DNA of 27,486 nt from a virus (Duplodnaviria; Heunggongvirae; Uroviricota; Caudoviricetes), in the IMG/VR virus record IMGVR_UViG_2909282993_000005, one strand, 5' to 3'. Both the position numbers and the translations under genes were made by a program. The stretch's first letter is position 1. The number at the start of each line of letters is the position of its first letter. Of the stretch, positions 1 through 8,586 are shown in pieces. A model generated the notes under the pieces. The model searched no databases, was not told where the DNA came from, and saw nothing but the letters and a program-made list of their open reading frames with translations.

Positions 1-1284
1 TTACAGACTTCTGGAAGGTTGCGCAGCTCTTACAACACGCGGTTGATCTTCCGCAGCGTCTTCCAGCGCACTTAAATCACGGTCTTTCACTTCTGGCATT
101 TTCAGTGCAGAGATTAAACCAATCACTGAATATGCCATGATCATAATGGCGATTGGATACCAGGATTCCGTCATGGTGCAGAAAATACCTGCCAGGATAG
201 GACCAAAACCGGAAGCGATAAGACCACCAATTTCTTTTGAAATAGCCATCCGGGTAAAGCGGTTTTTACAGCCGAACATTTCTGCCATGGTAATGTTTTC
301 CAGAGCAAATAATCCCAGCACCGCACAGTTATGAATCACAATCAGTGCAACCATAATGGTGCTCGGGGCATAGCTTTTATCTACGATGATAGAAAGCATT
401 GGCCACGCCAGCACAATCGCGGAGGTATTCATAATAATATACGGGATCCGGCGACCAATTTTATCGGATAACCAACCAAGCAACGGAATGGTCATAAAGC
501 CGAGAATCGAACTGATCATCAATGCATCTGTTGGAATTGCTTTGTTAAACAATAACGTCTGTACTAAATAGCCTGCAAGGAAAGTCTGAATTAAACCGGA
601 GTTACCCGCCTGACCAAAACGCAGCCCTGTTGCCAGCCAGAAGGATTTGCTCTGGAACATGCTACCAGCAGGTGCAGGTTTTGCTGTCGGTTGGTTGCTG
701 TCATTAACCTTCTCAAAGACCGGGCTTTCTTTCAGATTCATACGCAACCAGATAGCAAAGACCATCACGACAACGCTCGCCAGGAACGGTATACGCCATC
801 CCCACGCCAGCAGTTCCTCTTTACTGAGAATGAAGAACATAAAGGCCCAGATTGCCGTTGCGCTTAAGGTTCCGCAGTTAGTTCCCATAGCCACAAATGA
901 GGAGATAATTCCGCGCTTACCTTTTGGCGCATATTCCGCCAGCATCGTACCGGCACCGGAAATTTCCGCACCTGCACCCAACCCCTGAATAATACGCAGC
1001 GTCACCAGCAAGATGGGGGCAAAAACACCAATCTGTGCATAGGTCGGTAACACACCAATTAAGGTGGTACAGATCCCCATCATGGTGATGGTAATAAAGA
1101 GCACTTTTTTACGCCCTATTCTGTCGCCCATTTTGCCGAAAATAAATGCTCCGACAATACGCGCCACATAACCTGCACCGTAGGTTCCCATTGCCAAAAT
1201 TAACGCCATTGCCGTTGATGATTCAGGAAAAAATATTTCATGAAACACTAACGCTGCGCCGAGCGAATATAACTGGAAATCCAT
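1..1284 (-). CDS. ydfJ: MFS metabolite:H+ symporter family transporter, YdfJ-like; appears 5'-truncated (in-frame stop two codons upstream of the first Met; about 30 N-terminal residues including part of TM1 missing compared with ShiA/ProP-type relatives)
   Basis: 427-aa ORF with MFS signature motifs (GKMGDRIGRKK loop, WGWRIPF). The N-terminus aligns to about residue 35 of ShiA/ProP-like transporters. From recall, ydfJ is the gene split by the Qin prophage in E. coli K-12. Confidence 0.8.
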   Translation of the reverse strand: MDFQLYSLGAALVFHEIFFPESSTAMALILAMGTYGAGYVARIVGAFIFGKMGDRIGRKKVLFITITMMGICTTLIGVLPTYAQIGVFAPILLVTLRIIQGLGAGAEISGAGTMLAEYAPKGKRGIISSFVAMGTNCGTLSATAIWAFMFFILSKEELLAWGWRIPFLASVVVMVFAIWLRMNLKESPVFEKVNDSNQPTAKPAPAGSMFQSKSFWLATGLRFGQAGNSGLIQTFLAGYLVQTLLFNKAIPTDALMISSILGFMTIPLLGWLSDKIGRRIPYIIMNTSAIVLAWPMLSIIVDKSYAPSTIMVALIVIHNCAVLGLFALENITMAEMFGCKNRFTRMAISKEIGGLIASGFGPILAGIFCTMTESWYPIAIMIMAYSVIGLISALKMPEVKDRDLSALEDAAEDQPRVVRAAQPSRSL

Positions 1285-2330
1285 AATTCACAGATGTTTT
1301 TTCTCATTCTGTGGTTTCCTTGGCGCTTTCTAGGTTTTTTCAGATAGTTACATTTTTTCAAAAGCATCCTGAGTTCGATCTTACTATCTATCTGTGGCCT
1401 ATTTCTGTCCCATATATGCCCCAAAAAACACCCCAACAGATAAGCAATCTTTTCATGGTGTTACGCGTAAAAACAATAACGGCTTGAAATTATTCAATAC
1501 ACTCTCGAAAGTGCATCAGCCAACCGCAGAACGTTATTGCATACAACGTTTCTGCGGCATATCACGAAACGATTACTTAATGACTGGGACTTCAGACCAC
1601 TCAATATCCGGTACAATTATGTATCAACGCAGTTTAACAACACCCTATATTTAATCCAGAGTGCGAGCAACGTTGTCCCTTTCTCTTTTGCACTCTTAAA
1701 ACATACGATTACTTAAGTGAAGATGCTTGACGAATCGCCAAATAAAACATCTTCATCAGCATAAAAATCCATATATGATTGAAAATTTAGTCATTAATAC
1801 CATTCATATCTGAATACTAACCTAATACGCTTACTAACCGTGAGAAATCTTTTTTTTCGACTTAATCACTCGAAATAAACTTTCACTCAATTGAAAACAA
1901 TTAGCTACAATTATCATTGCAATATCAAATCAAACATAACAACTTGCATAAATTCTCATGGGATACAGCATCAGTTGTGCCAAATACATAAGGAATTGAA
2001 ATGGACGGAGAAAGCTTTAACTTTGATGACAATGATATTGAATTTATTGCTTCAATGTATGCATCATGTAAATTATCAGGAAGTATCGCCCCCATAATGC
2101 ATATAATGGTTAGCATTCCAAAAAATAAGAAAAAACAATTCTACGAACGAGTTGAGCATTATTGTAGTTTATATTCCAATAAAAACCCACCTTCTTAAAT
2201 TCGCTGCATTCTAGTGGATTCCATTAAGAAAACAATGACATACACTCAAACACATCTTTTTTATCAACAGTGAATTTCAGTTCGGCCAGTTTTTACCAGC
2301 TATTATAAAAATAGCACCCATATAAAGTTT

Positions 2331-2436
2331 TTACCCCACAGGTACAGCTGGCCATTCGATAACCGCACTAAGGAAGTGCCAACACGACATCAGCAAGACC
2401 CGATATTTCTTCCATGCCGCCAGCAACGATGTTAAG
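2331..2436 (-). pseudogene. Remnant of the 3' end of a second tail fiber assembly (tfa) gene
   Basis: About 80 bp at 2340..2420 are clearly similar to the 3' end of the intact tfa at 3035..3115. The minus-strand translation ends ...[10 protein letters not shown]...IEWPAVPVG*, matching the Tfa C-terminus, with a disrupted middle. Confidence 0.45.
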
Positions 2437-2901
2437 GTTAAATTAATTATAAAAAAATATATTATAATTCCATCTTCGCATTAAATTTTAACCTTTAATC
2501 TCCACACGGAACAAGTTGCATAGGTGACTATATTAAGAAAACTTATAACCACCAAAAAGATTTGCTTTGCAAGCAAAAACAGTGACCATTGACTCTAAGA
2601 AAATTCCGATCTATTGTTAGTGTCATCAAAGTTACTTAACAGTATTCCGAAATGAAAATACAAAGCAAGCTAATTGTCTTATTAAACATTATCATTGCAT
2701 TTATATTATTTGAGCTTTTAGCTCAAAAATTTGGTTTGAGTACATTATTTTAAAGCAAGATAAACAATATCGGGCACTCTAGTTTTTATAATTAACAATT
2801 AAACGCCCATAAAATGTTATTTACTTTTCTTCGCTATTGTCATATCTTAATATAGTGGCTTACGCCACTCTACTTTCATCATATTTTGTACGTTTATGTA
2901 C

Positions 2902-2932
2902 TCGCCATGAAGCTCTTTCATGGCGATTTTTT
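2902..2932 (+). terminator. Intrinsic terminator-like hairpin (10-bp perfect stem tcgccatgaa/ttcatggcga, 5-nt loop, T6 tail)
   Basis: Read directly: stem 2902-2911 and 2917-2926, then tttttt at 2927-2932. The upstream transcript is unknown. Confidence 0.4.
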
Positions 2933-3018
2933 ATTCTTAATCCAAGAACATACTCCCTACCTATAGAAAAATCACTTTTTGAACAAAAGAATAACGTATT
3001 TAGGTAATCATTACGAAT

Positions 3019-3600
3019 TTACCCTATAGGTGCTACTGGCCATTCAATATCCGGTGCAGTTGTTGTATTAACACGGTTCAGCAACACCCGATACTTCTTC
3101 CAGGCTTCCAGCAACGAGATTTCTTCCTCCGTTGCAATTTCCAGATCTGCAGCATCCTGAAGCGGCGCAATATGCTCACTGGCTACCTGCATCAGGTTGT
3201 TTTTTGTTTCTTCCGCCTCCCGGATCCGGAACAGTTTTTCTGCTTCCGTATCCTTCACCCAGGCTGTGCCGTTCCACTTCTGATATTCCCCTTCCGGCGA
3301 TAACCAGGTGACATTTTCCGGTAACGAGCCAAGTTCAGAAATAAATAACGCGTCGCCGGAAGCCACGTCATAGACGGTTTTTCCCCGATGATCTTCAACG
3401 AGATGCCACGATGCCTCATCACTGTTGAAAACAGCCACAAAGCCAGCCGGAATATCTGGCGGTGCAATATCGGTACTGTTTGCTGGCAGACCTGTATGAG
3501 GCGGAATATATGCGTCACCTTCACCAATAAATTCATTAGTTCCGGCCAGCAGATTATAAATTTTTATGGTCCGTGGTTGTTCACTCATTCTGAATGCCAT
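3019..3600 (-). CDS. Tail fiber assembly protein (Tfa family)
   Basis: 193-aa ORF starting [54 protein letters not shown] and ending [13 protein letters not shown]...IEWP, characteristic of lambdoid TfaQ/TfaR/TfaE proteins. Its start overlaps the stf stop. Confidence 0.85.
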   Translation of the reverse strand: MAFRMSEQPRTIKIYNLLAGTNEFIGEGDAYIPPHTGLPANSTDIAPPDIPAGFVAVFNSDEASWHLVEDHRGKTVYDVASGDALFISELGSLPENVTWLSPEGEYQKWNGTAWVKDTEAEKLFRIREAEETKNNLMQVASEHIAPLQDAADLEIATEEEISLLEAWKKYRVLLNRVNTTTAPDIEWPVAPIG

Positions 3601-4193
3601 TATGCAAGCCTCACAATATAGTTAAATGCGATGTTTTTGACGGTGTTTTCCGCGTTACCAGCAGCGTTAACGGTGATGGTGTGTCCATGTGAACCAATCG
3701 CAACGGAGTGCGTATGAGCACCAATACCGACAGTATGCGCGTGTGCACCTGCAGATGCTGCTGTGCCGGACAGTGAGTGGCTATGATTACCATCTGTACT
3801 GGTATTAGCTAACCACCCCGTAGACATACCTACTGAGCCTTGTACACCCCAGGTATTTTGACCTGAGCTTGTATAACCATATTGATAAGTATCTTTAAAA
3901 ACACTGGGGTTAAATCGACGGCCATCTCTATGGCTGTGATTACCAGCTGCATTCGTGCTGCCACTTAAACTATGGGTATGCGCACCAGTGTTATTCGTGG
4001 ATTTAGTGCCGTAATCAAACGACGATGTGGTTTTCGTCCCCAAATCCGTACTGGATGCGCTGGCGCTGTGGGTATGCGATTTAATGCCGTCCTGTTCCTG
4101 AGACAATACGGCCCGACCACTGGTAGGTTTGCCCTTAATCGTCCAGCCACGCATAACCCTGCGTCTGTCAGCACAGTAAAACCCGGTGTGCAT
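3600..4193 (-). pseudogene. Side tail fiber protein, C-terminal fragment only (5' part and all upstream morphogenesis genes deleted)
   Basis: 197-aa ORF with Gly/Ser/Thr/His-rich repeats ([46 protein letters not shown]) typical of the C-terminus of Stf proteins. The first ~20 residues look unrelated, and no tail genes lie upstream. Confidence 0.7.
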
Positions 4194-4468
4194 CGTTTTT
4201 GATTATTCCCGCACACTCACGCAGAAGGAATTCCCCGTCGGGCTACGGTCATGGTTAATGCGGGAATACGGCGACGATACAGCGCAGCTAAAAGGGTAAT
4301 GGACAGAAAGAGCGGTTTATTTCATTCCACAGGATTCTGAGTGTCCCCAACTTCCTCCAATAGTCTGAGCGTACACCTATATAGTTTTAATTTTCATCAA
4401 TCCATTTAACTATCGTTTAATTGTTGTCACATAGGATTCCGCCGTTTTTAACAATGCAGGATAATAAG

Positions 4469-4762
4469 ATGAAAAAAATGTTGTTTTCTGCCGCTCTGGC
4501 AATGCTTATTACAGGATGTGCTCAACAGACGTTTACTGTTGGAAACAAACCGACAGCAGTAACACCAAAGGAAACCATCACCCATCACTTCTTCGTTTCG
4601 GGAATTGGACAGGAGAAAACTGTTGATGCAGCCAAAATTTGTGGCGGCGCAGAAAATGTTGTTAAAACAGAAACCCAGCAAACATTCGTAAATGGATTGC
4701 TCGGTTTTATTACTTTAGGCATTTATACTCCGCTGGAAGCGCGTGTGTATTGCTCACAATAA
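4469..4762 (+). CDS. bor: Bor lipoprotein (serum-resistance / outer-membrane lipoprotein of lambdoid phages)
   Basis: 97-aa product MKKMLFSAALAMLITGCAQQTFTV...GIYTPLEARVYCSQ with lipobox LITGC and an AGGA RBS. It is on the opposite strand to the lysis genes, as in lambda. Confidence 0.85.
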   Translation: MKKMLFSAALAMLITGCAQQTFTVGNKPTAVTPKETITHHFFVSGIGQEKTVDAAKICGGAENVVKTETQQTFVNGLLGFITLGIYTPLEARVYCSQ

Positions 4763-4852
4763 TTGCATGAGTTGCCCATCGATATGGGCAGCTCTATCTG
4801 CACTGCTCATTAATATACTTCTGGGTTCCTTCCAGTTGTTTTTGCATAGTGA

Positions 4853-5254
4853 TCAGCCTCTCTCTGAGGGTGAAATAATCCCGTTCAGCGGTGTCTGCCA
4901 GTCGGGGGAGGCTGCATTATCCACGCCGGAGGCGGTGGTGGCTTCACGCACTGACTGACAGACTGCTTTGATGTGCAACCGACGACGACCAGCGGCAACA
5001 TCATCACGCAGAGCATCATTTTCAGCTTTCGCATTAGCTAACTCCTTCGTGTATTTTTCATCCAGTGCAGCAACATCACGCTGGCGCATCTGCATGTCAG
5101 TAATTGCCGCGTTCGCCAGCTTCAGTTCTCTGGCATTTTTGTCGCGCTGGGCTTTGTAGGTAATGGCGTTATCACGGTAATGATTAACAGCCCATGACAG
5201 GCAGACGATGATGCAGATAACCAGAGCGGAGATAATCGCGGTTACTCTGTTCAT
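4853..5254 (-). pseudogene. Rz (i-spanin), frameshifted: the Rz N-terminal 117 residues read through into the Rz1 frame and end with the Rz1 C-terminal peptide [16 protein letters not shown]
   Basis: Product [64 protein letters not shown]... is lambda-Rz-like. After ...VDNAASP the frame switches at a G5 run (plus 4904-4908), which lambda-type Rz/Rz1 needs to be one base longer. Confidence 0.65.
4885..5034 (-). pseudogene. Rz1 (o-spanin lipoprotein) embedded in Rz, with altered and truncated C-terminus from the same 1-nt indel
   Basis: Embedded ORF with AAGGAG RBS: [44 protein letters not shown] then TGRHR* in place of the expected [16 protein letters not shown]. Lipobox VVGC present. Confidence 0.55.
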
Positions 5255-5748
5255 TGCTGACCCCACAAACAGATTTCACGCTCAATCTCACGACGAGTCA
5301 TGAGACCTTTCCATTGCTTACCGCCAGCATATGTCCAGCGACGTAGCTGATCACATGCGCCTTTGATATCGCCCTGGTTTATTTTGCGAAGAAGCGTCGA
5401 TGTTCTGAAATTGCCAGCGCCCACGTTGTAAACGAACGAGTAAAGAGCGCCGCGCGTTGTTTCCGGTATATCAACTTTGATGTACGGGTTAATTTGTCTG
5501 GCGACCGTGGCAAGGTCTTTATTCAGGAGGGCTTTGCATTCTGCTTTGGTATACGTTTTACCGAGCATGATGTCTTTTCCTGTATGCCCGTGACATACAG
5601 TCCATACACCAACAATATCTTTGTATGGTATGTAGCTGACACCTTCCAGACCATCGTTACCACTTGGGCCAGTAATTAACACTGATGCTATAGCAATTGC
5701 TCCGCCACCAATAGCAGCAGCAACGGCTTTTCGTAATGATGGAGGCAT
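5251..5748 (-). CDS. SAR endolysin (phage 21-type lysozyme R, T4-lysozyme-like muramidase with N-terminal signal-arrest-release domain)
   Basis: 165-aa product [59 protein letters not shown]... with a Gly/Ala-rich SAR helix followed by the catalytic E-D-T region. Start/stop overlaps with S and Rz. Confidence 0.9.
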   Translation of the reverse strand: MPPSLRKAVAAAIGGGAIAIASVLITGPSGNDGLEGVSYIPYKDIVGVWTVCHGHTGKDIMLGKTYTKAECKALLNKDLATVARQINPYIKVDIPETTRGALYSFVYNVGAGNFRTSTLLRKINQGDIKGACDQLRRWTYAGGKQWKGLMTRREIEREICLWGQQ

Positions 5749-5963
5749 TATTCACCTCTCGCAGCCTTGCGCTTATCTTCTTTAATCTTGAAATAAAGGT
5801 TTGTCAGGTACGTCAGCAGGCCAAATACCAGGCTACCCAGCACACCTATTGCTGCCCACTGTGAGGGCGTGACTTTATCGAGCAGCTGTAAAAACCAGTA
5901 GCCAGCACTGCCTGCGGAGGTGCCGTAGGCAATGCCTGTTGAAATTTTGTCCATGGATTTCAT
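5748..5963 (-). CDS. Pinholin (phage 21 S21-type holin/antiholin with dual start MKSM)
   Basis: 71-aa product [71 protein letters not shown] with two TM segments. It lies immediately upstream of the SAR endolysin with an ATGA overlap. Confidence 0.85.
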   Translation of the reverse strand: MKSMDKISTGIAYGTSAGSAGYWFLQLLDKVTPSQWAAIGVLGSLVFGLLTYLTNLYFKIKEDKRKAARGE

Positions 5964-6214
5964 AGCCTCACCTCCGCACGGAACGGATGGCATAGTTATT
6001 ATGTGTAGGCTTTCAGACACATCAATCAGAGCCTTAATTGATATATATGCTGGAGACGATGCAATATAAAAAGCTCGCCATAGCGAGCTAATAAAATGTA
6101 TTTCTCTGATATTATGTTTATTTGTATTAGCTCAGACTTGACATCACAGGTTTCGTATATAGAACATCATCAAATCTGTCAGTTTGCTATGAATGAGATA
6201 TAGTAATTGAAGAG

Positions 6215-6610
6215 CTAACCTCGCATGTCAAAGCCAGATTTCTGAAAATCTCTGTAGACTTCCGGATTGTTGAAGGCCGGAAATTTGGCTTTATGAGCTG
6301 CGGACTTTATCGCTTCGCAATAGGCTTTATCACCGTTACTGGTAGATATTTTTAACGCCGTGCCATCCTGAGAGAATTCCATATGCAACCTGCATTTTTT
6401 CCCTTTCCAGTTATGCGGCTCATCAAGTTTGGCATTAATTGCAGCTCTGATTCCCCGCGCTTGCGCCCCCCATTCATCCTGATCATCCCAGCGTCCTGAA
6501 CTGCAACTACCTGTAGCAGTAGTTTTGTGGCAATCTGAAGGGTGTAAAGGTGTGCATCCCGCAACAAAACCGACCCAAAAAGTCAACATAACGATTTTCT
6601 TTAATCCCAC
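6215..6610 (-). CDS. Lipoprotein with TolA domain-III-like C-terminus (moron)
   Basis: 131-aa ORF with signal peptide and lipobox (FVAGC). The C-terminus KKCRLHMEFSQDGTALKISTSNGDKAYCEAIKSAAHKAKFPAFNNPEVYRDFQ resembles the TolA C-terminal domain (GKTCTLRIKLAPDGMLLDIKPEGGDPALCQAALAAAKLAKIPKPPSQAVYEVF, from recall). Confidence 0.7.
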   Translation of the reverse strand: MGLKKIVMLTFWVGFVAGCTPLHPSDCHKTTATGSCSSGRWDDQDEWGAQARGIRAAINAKLDEPHNWKGKKCRLHMEFSQDGTALKISTSNGDKAYCEAIKSAAHKAKFPAFNNPEVYRDFQKSGFDMRG

Positions 6611-6760
6611 TTCTTGCTCCTCAATCCATTAAAATCTCAGCAATAGTAGTTGTTACGTCCGCCACTGGCTCAGAGCTGACTATCCGCTAAATTTAGCTCA
6701 GTGCCGTAGCTGTGTCAGAACAAACCTAAGCCGAAACCGTTTATTACAAAACAATAAATA

Positions 6761-7189
6761 TCAGGGTTTAAAATCCAGCACCCCATTTTGAAATACTTTA
6801 TATACTTCCGGCGAAGGGGGGGCAGGTATATCAGCATTCTTTATCGCATTCATCGCTTCACGACATAAATCGAGGTCTCCACTTTCTCTTTTAACCTCCA
6901 GTAGAAGGCCATTCGGGGCCATATGCATTCTCAGTGTACACTCTTTTCCTGAATACTTACTCGCATCCCCGAACTGTTTTTCGATGGCGCTCTTGATTTG
7001 ATGGGCATACAGACGGATATTCTCACTAACATCAGAAGTACGTTCAGATGAACTCACATACTGTGTCTCTATTGCTTTATCGGAGTAATATGATGTACGG
7101 TCATGATAATTTGTCGATACAGCATCAGTGCACCCGATAATAATCCCACTAATAATCAACGTAAGAATTGATGCGCTACGAAAACCCAT
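6761..7189 (-). CDS. Lipoprotein with TolA domain-III-like C-terminus (paralog of 6215..6610)
   Basis: 142-aa ORF with lipobox (IIIGC). The C-terminus GKECTLRMHMAPNGLLLEVKRESGDLDLCREAMNAIKNADIPAPPSPEVYKVFQNGVLDFKP closely parallels the TolA C-terminal domain and the neighbouring ORF. Confidence 0.7.
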   Translation of the reverse strand: MGFRSASILTLIISGIIIGCTDAVSTNYHDRTSYYSDKAIETQYVSSSERTSDVSENIRLYAHQIKSAIEKQFGDASKYSGKECTLRMHMAPNGLLLEVKRESGDLDLCREAMNAIKNADIPAPPSPEVYKVFQNGVLDFKP

Positions 7190-7306
7190 TTTTCCTCACA
7201 TATGTCATATAGTAAAGGATTATATATACCGTTGTTTTGGACGCTCAAACAGCGAATCAGATCAAATAAAACGCACATTTGTTAACATTTACACAAAGTC
7301 TGCGTG

Positions 7307-7327
7307 GGATATTCTGAAAGAATATCC
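7307..7327. promoter_or_regulatory. 21-bp perfect palindrome ggatattc-tgaaa-gaatatcc (candidate dimeric regulator binding site)
   Basis: Read directly: 8-bp inverted arms around a 5-nt spacer, about 120 bp upstream of the lipoprotein gene start at 7189. No T-run, so not a terminator. Confidence 0.3.
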
Positions 7328-7722
7328 ATAATGTGGAGAGAATCTATTGAAGTGCATGGTGCCGGGTGCCTCCCGGTGAATTCAGTACCAGCACCTGAAT
7401 CCGCGATTATCCCATATACCTACTCGCTGATTGCCCCTCCGCACAGGGGGATTCACCATGCCAGTTTCTTTTAACAAACTCCCCGCAAACCAGAGAACAG
7501 TCAACCGCCTGAATTGTGAAGTATTTAAAAATTTCTCCCGCTAACTGATACCCGGCTAACAGTCTGGCGTTTTCTTTTTCAGCAACGGGAAAGCAACAAC
7601 CACCACACCCGCCACCAGCACACCGTCAGCCAGCACTGACATTATCCGGCTGCTGCAATGCCATTCACAAAAACAGTAAGCAATCACTTTTTACCGTAAC
7701 AGGTGATAATCCAGATATGTAT

Positions 7723-8076
7723 CTACCCCAGATGAGTAATCCGAAGTTCATCCATACCACAGGTCCTGGCTATTCTGTTGTACTCCTGAACAAGAGCAAA
7801 TAATTCTGAATTAGCAACCATGAACTCATCGCAAACCCTCTGTATAGCATCACTATTCAGAAGAATAACGTCTCTTCCCGAAAGACGATCAGGAGTACAG
7901 AACAAAACTGTCAAACGGCTGAAGGCCTTTGCTCGTGCTGCATTGACTATATCAATACGCTGCCTAAGGATGAAACACCCCGACGCCTCATCAATATTCA
8001 CTCTACCCACACCATATGAATGATAAATATTTAATGCTGAAAAAACCATTAGACCGTATAACAAACACTCAATCAA
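7723..8076 (-). CDS. Hypothetical protein (moron between phage tRNAs and lysis cassette); start codon uncertain (TTG at 8076 or internal ATG at 8049)
   Basis: 117-aa ORF with no recognisable motif. Its position matches the accessory slot used by stx in Stx phages. Confidence 0.3.
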   Translation of the reverse strand: MIECLLYGLMVFSALNIYHSYGVGRVNIDEASGCFILRQRIDIVNAARAKAFSRLTVLFCTPDRLSGRDVILLNSDAIQRVCDEFMVANSELFALVQEYNRIARTCGMDELRITHLG

Positions 8077-8186
8077 TACTTAACAGAACTTTTATTTTTG
8101 ACAAACATATAATATTTTCAACAATATCCTGAGCCAGGTATATTCCAGTATAAGGCTCTGCCGGAAGGAATCTGGAAGAATGAATA

Positions 8187-8263
8187 TGGCGCGCTGTACT
8201 GGATTCGAACCAGTAACCGATTGCTTAGAAGGCAATTGCTCTGTCCGGCTGAGCTAACAACGC
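8187..8263 (-). tRNA. tRNA-Arg (anticodon UCU)
   Basis: 77-nt cloverleaf GCGTTGTTAGCTCAGCCGGACAGAGCAATTGCCTTCTAAGCAATCGGTTACTGGTTCGAATCCAGTACAGCGCGCCA. 7-bp acceptor stem, T-loop GGTTCGAATCC, anticodon loop CTTCTAA (U33, anticodon TCT, A37), encoded CCA. Confidence 0.85.
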
Positions 8264-8367
8264 TGAATACCGATAATGGACCGCTATCGGGGACCCGCCC
8301 CCCCCCGCACCAACAACCCTGTTATCGTGTCGTCTGCTCTTCCTGATAAGCTCATGGCGGTTTGTGA

Positions 8368-8443
8368 TGGTGGCCCTTGCTGGATTTGAACCAGCGACCT
8401 GGCGATTATGAGTCGCTCGCTCTCACCACTGAGCTAAAGGGCC
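8368..8443 (-). tRNA. tRNA with CAU anticodon, most similar to tRNA-Ile2 (lysidine type, ileX/ileZ-like); elongator Met not fully excluded
   Basis: 76-nt cloverleaf GGCCCTTTAGCTCAGTGGTGAGAGCGAGCGACTCATAATCGCCAGGTCGCTGGTTCAAATCCAGCAAGGGCCACCA. Anticodon loop CTCATAA; strong resemblance to E. coli ileX from recall. Confidence 0.8.
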
Positions 8444-8481
8444 GGGAGCAGAATAATAACGGTCCGTAATTAATTCCGCAA

Positions 8482-8506
8482 TAAAAAACCCGCTCGGCGG
8501 CGGGTT
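8482..8506 (-). terminator. tR'-like intrinsic terminator between the late promoter region and the tRNA genes
   Basis: Minus-strand RNA AACCCGC-CGCCGA-GCGGGUU followed by UUUUUUAU (7-bp GC-rich stem, then U-run). Confidence 0.45.
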
Positions 8507-8553
8507 GTAGAAACTCTTCTAACGTCAGGCATAAAAAGCCCATCGTTATGATG

Positions 8554-8581
8554 AATTTACCACAGATTTCGGAAAAATCAA
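8554..8581 (-). promoter_or_regulatory. Candidate late promoter pR' (sigma70-like -35 TTGATT, 16-bp spacer, -10 TAAATT) directly downstream of the Q-like gene
   Basis: Hexamers read on the minus strand. The position (Q stop to tR' to tRNAs to lysis genes) matches lambdoid late-operon layout. Short leader of about 60 nt before the terminator. Confidence 0.3.
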
Positions 8582-8586
8582 CCTTG

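Noticed and set aside
2652-2753. 33-codon hydrophobic mini-ORF as a type I toxin
   Set aside because: AT-rich DNA yields Ile/Leu/Phe/Lys-rich frames by chance and there is no clear RBS. Mentioned under the left-arm finding but not called as a feature.
1285-3018. Pin/Gin-type DNA invertase next to the tail-fibre genes
   Set aside because: No ORF on either strand shows the serine recombinase N-terminal motif; the region is ORF-poor and AT-rich.
3255-3621. Overlapping ORFs inside and across tfa (3255..3536 minus, 3388..3621 plus)
   Set aside because: Alternative frames of a well-supported tfa gene; no independent signals.
7723-8186. Shiga toxin or other toxin genes in the tRNA-to-holin slot
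   Set aside because: No ORF has an A-subunit N-glycosidase-like or B-pentamer-like sequence. The slot holds a 117-aa unknown ORF and two lipoproteins.
8264-8367. Third tRNA (argO-like) between the two called tRNAs
   Set aside because: I could not fold a cloverleaf: no T-loop GGTTCRANYC or acceptor/CCA pairing. The segment contains a C8 run and a small hairpin; at most a decayed remnant.
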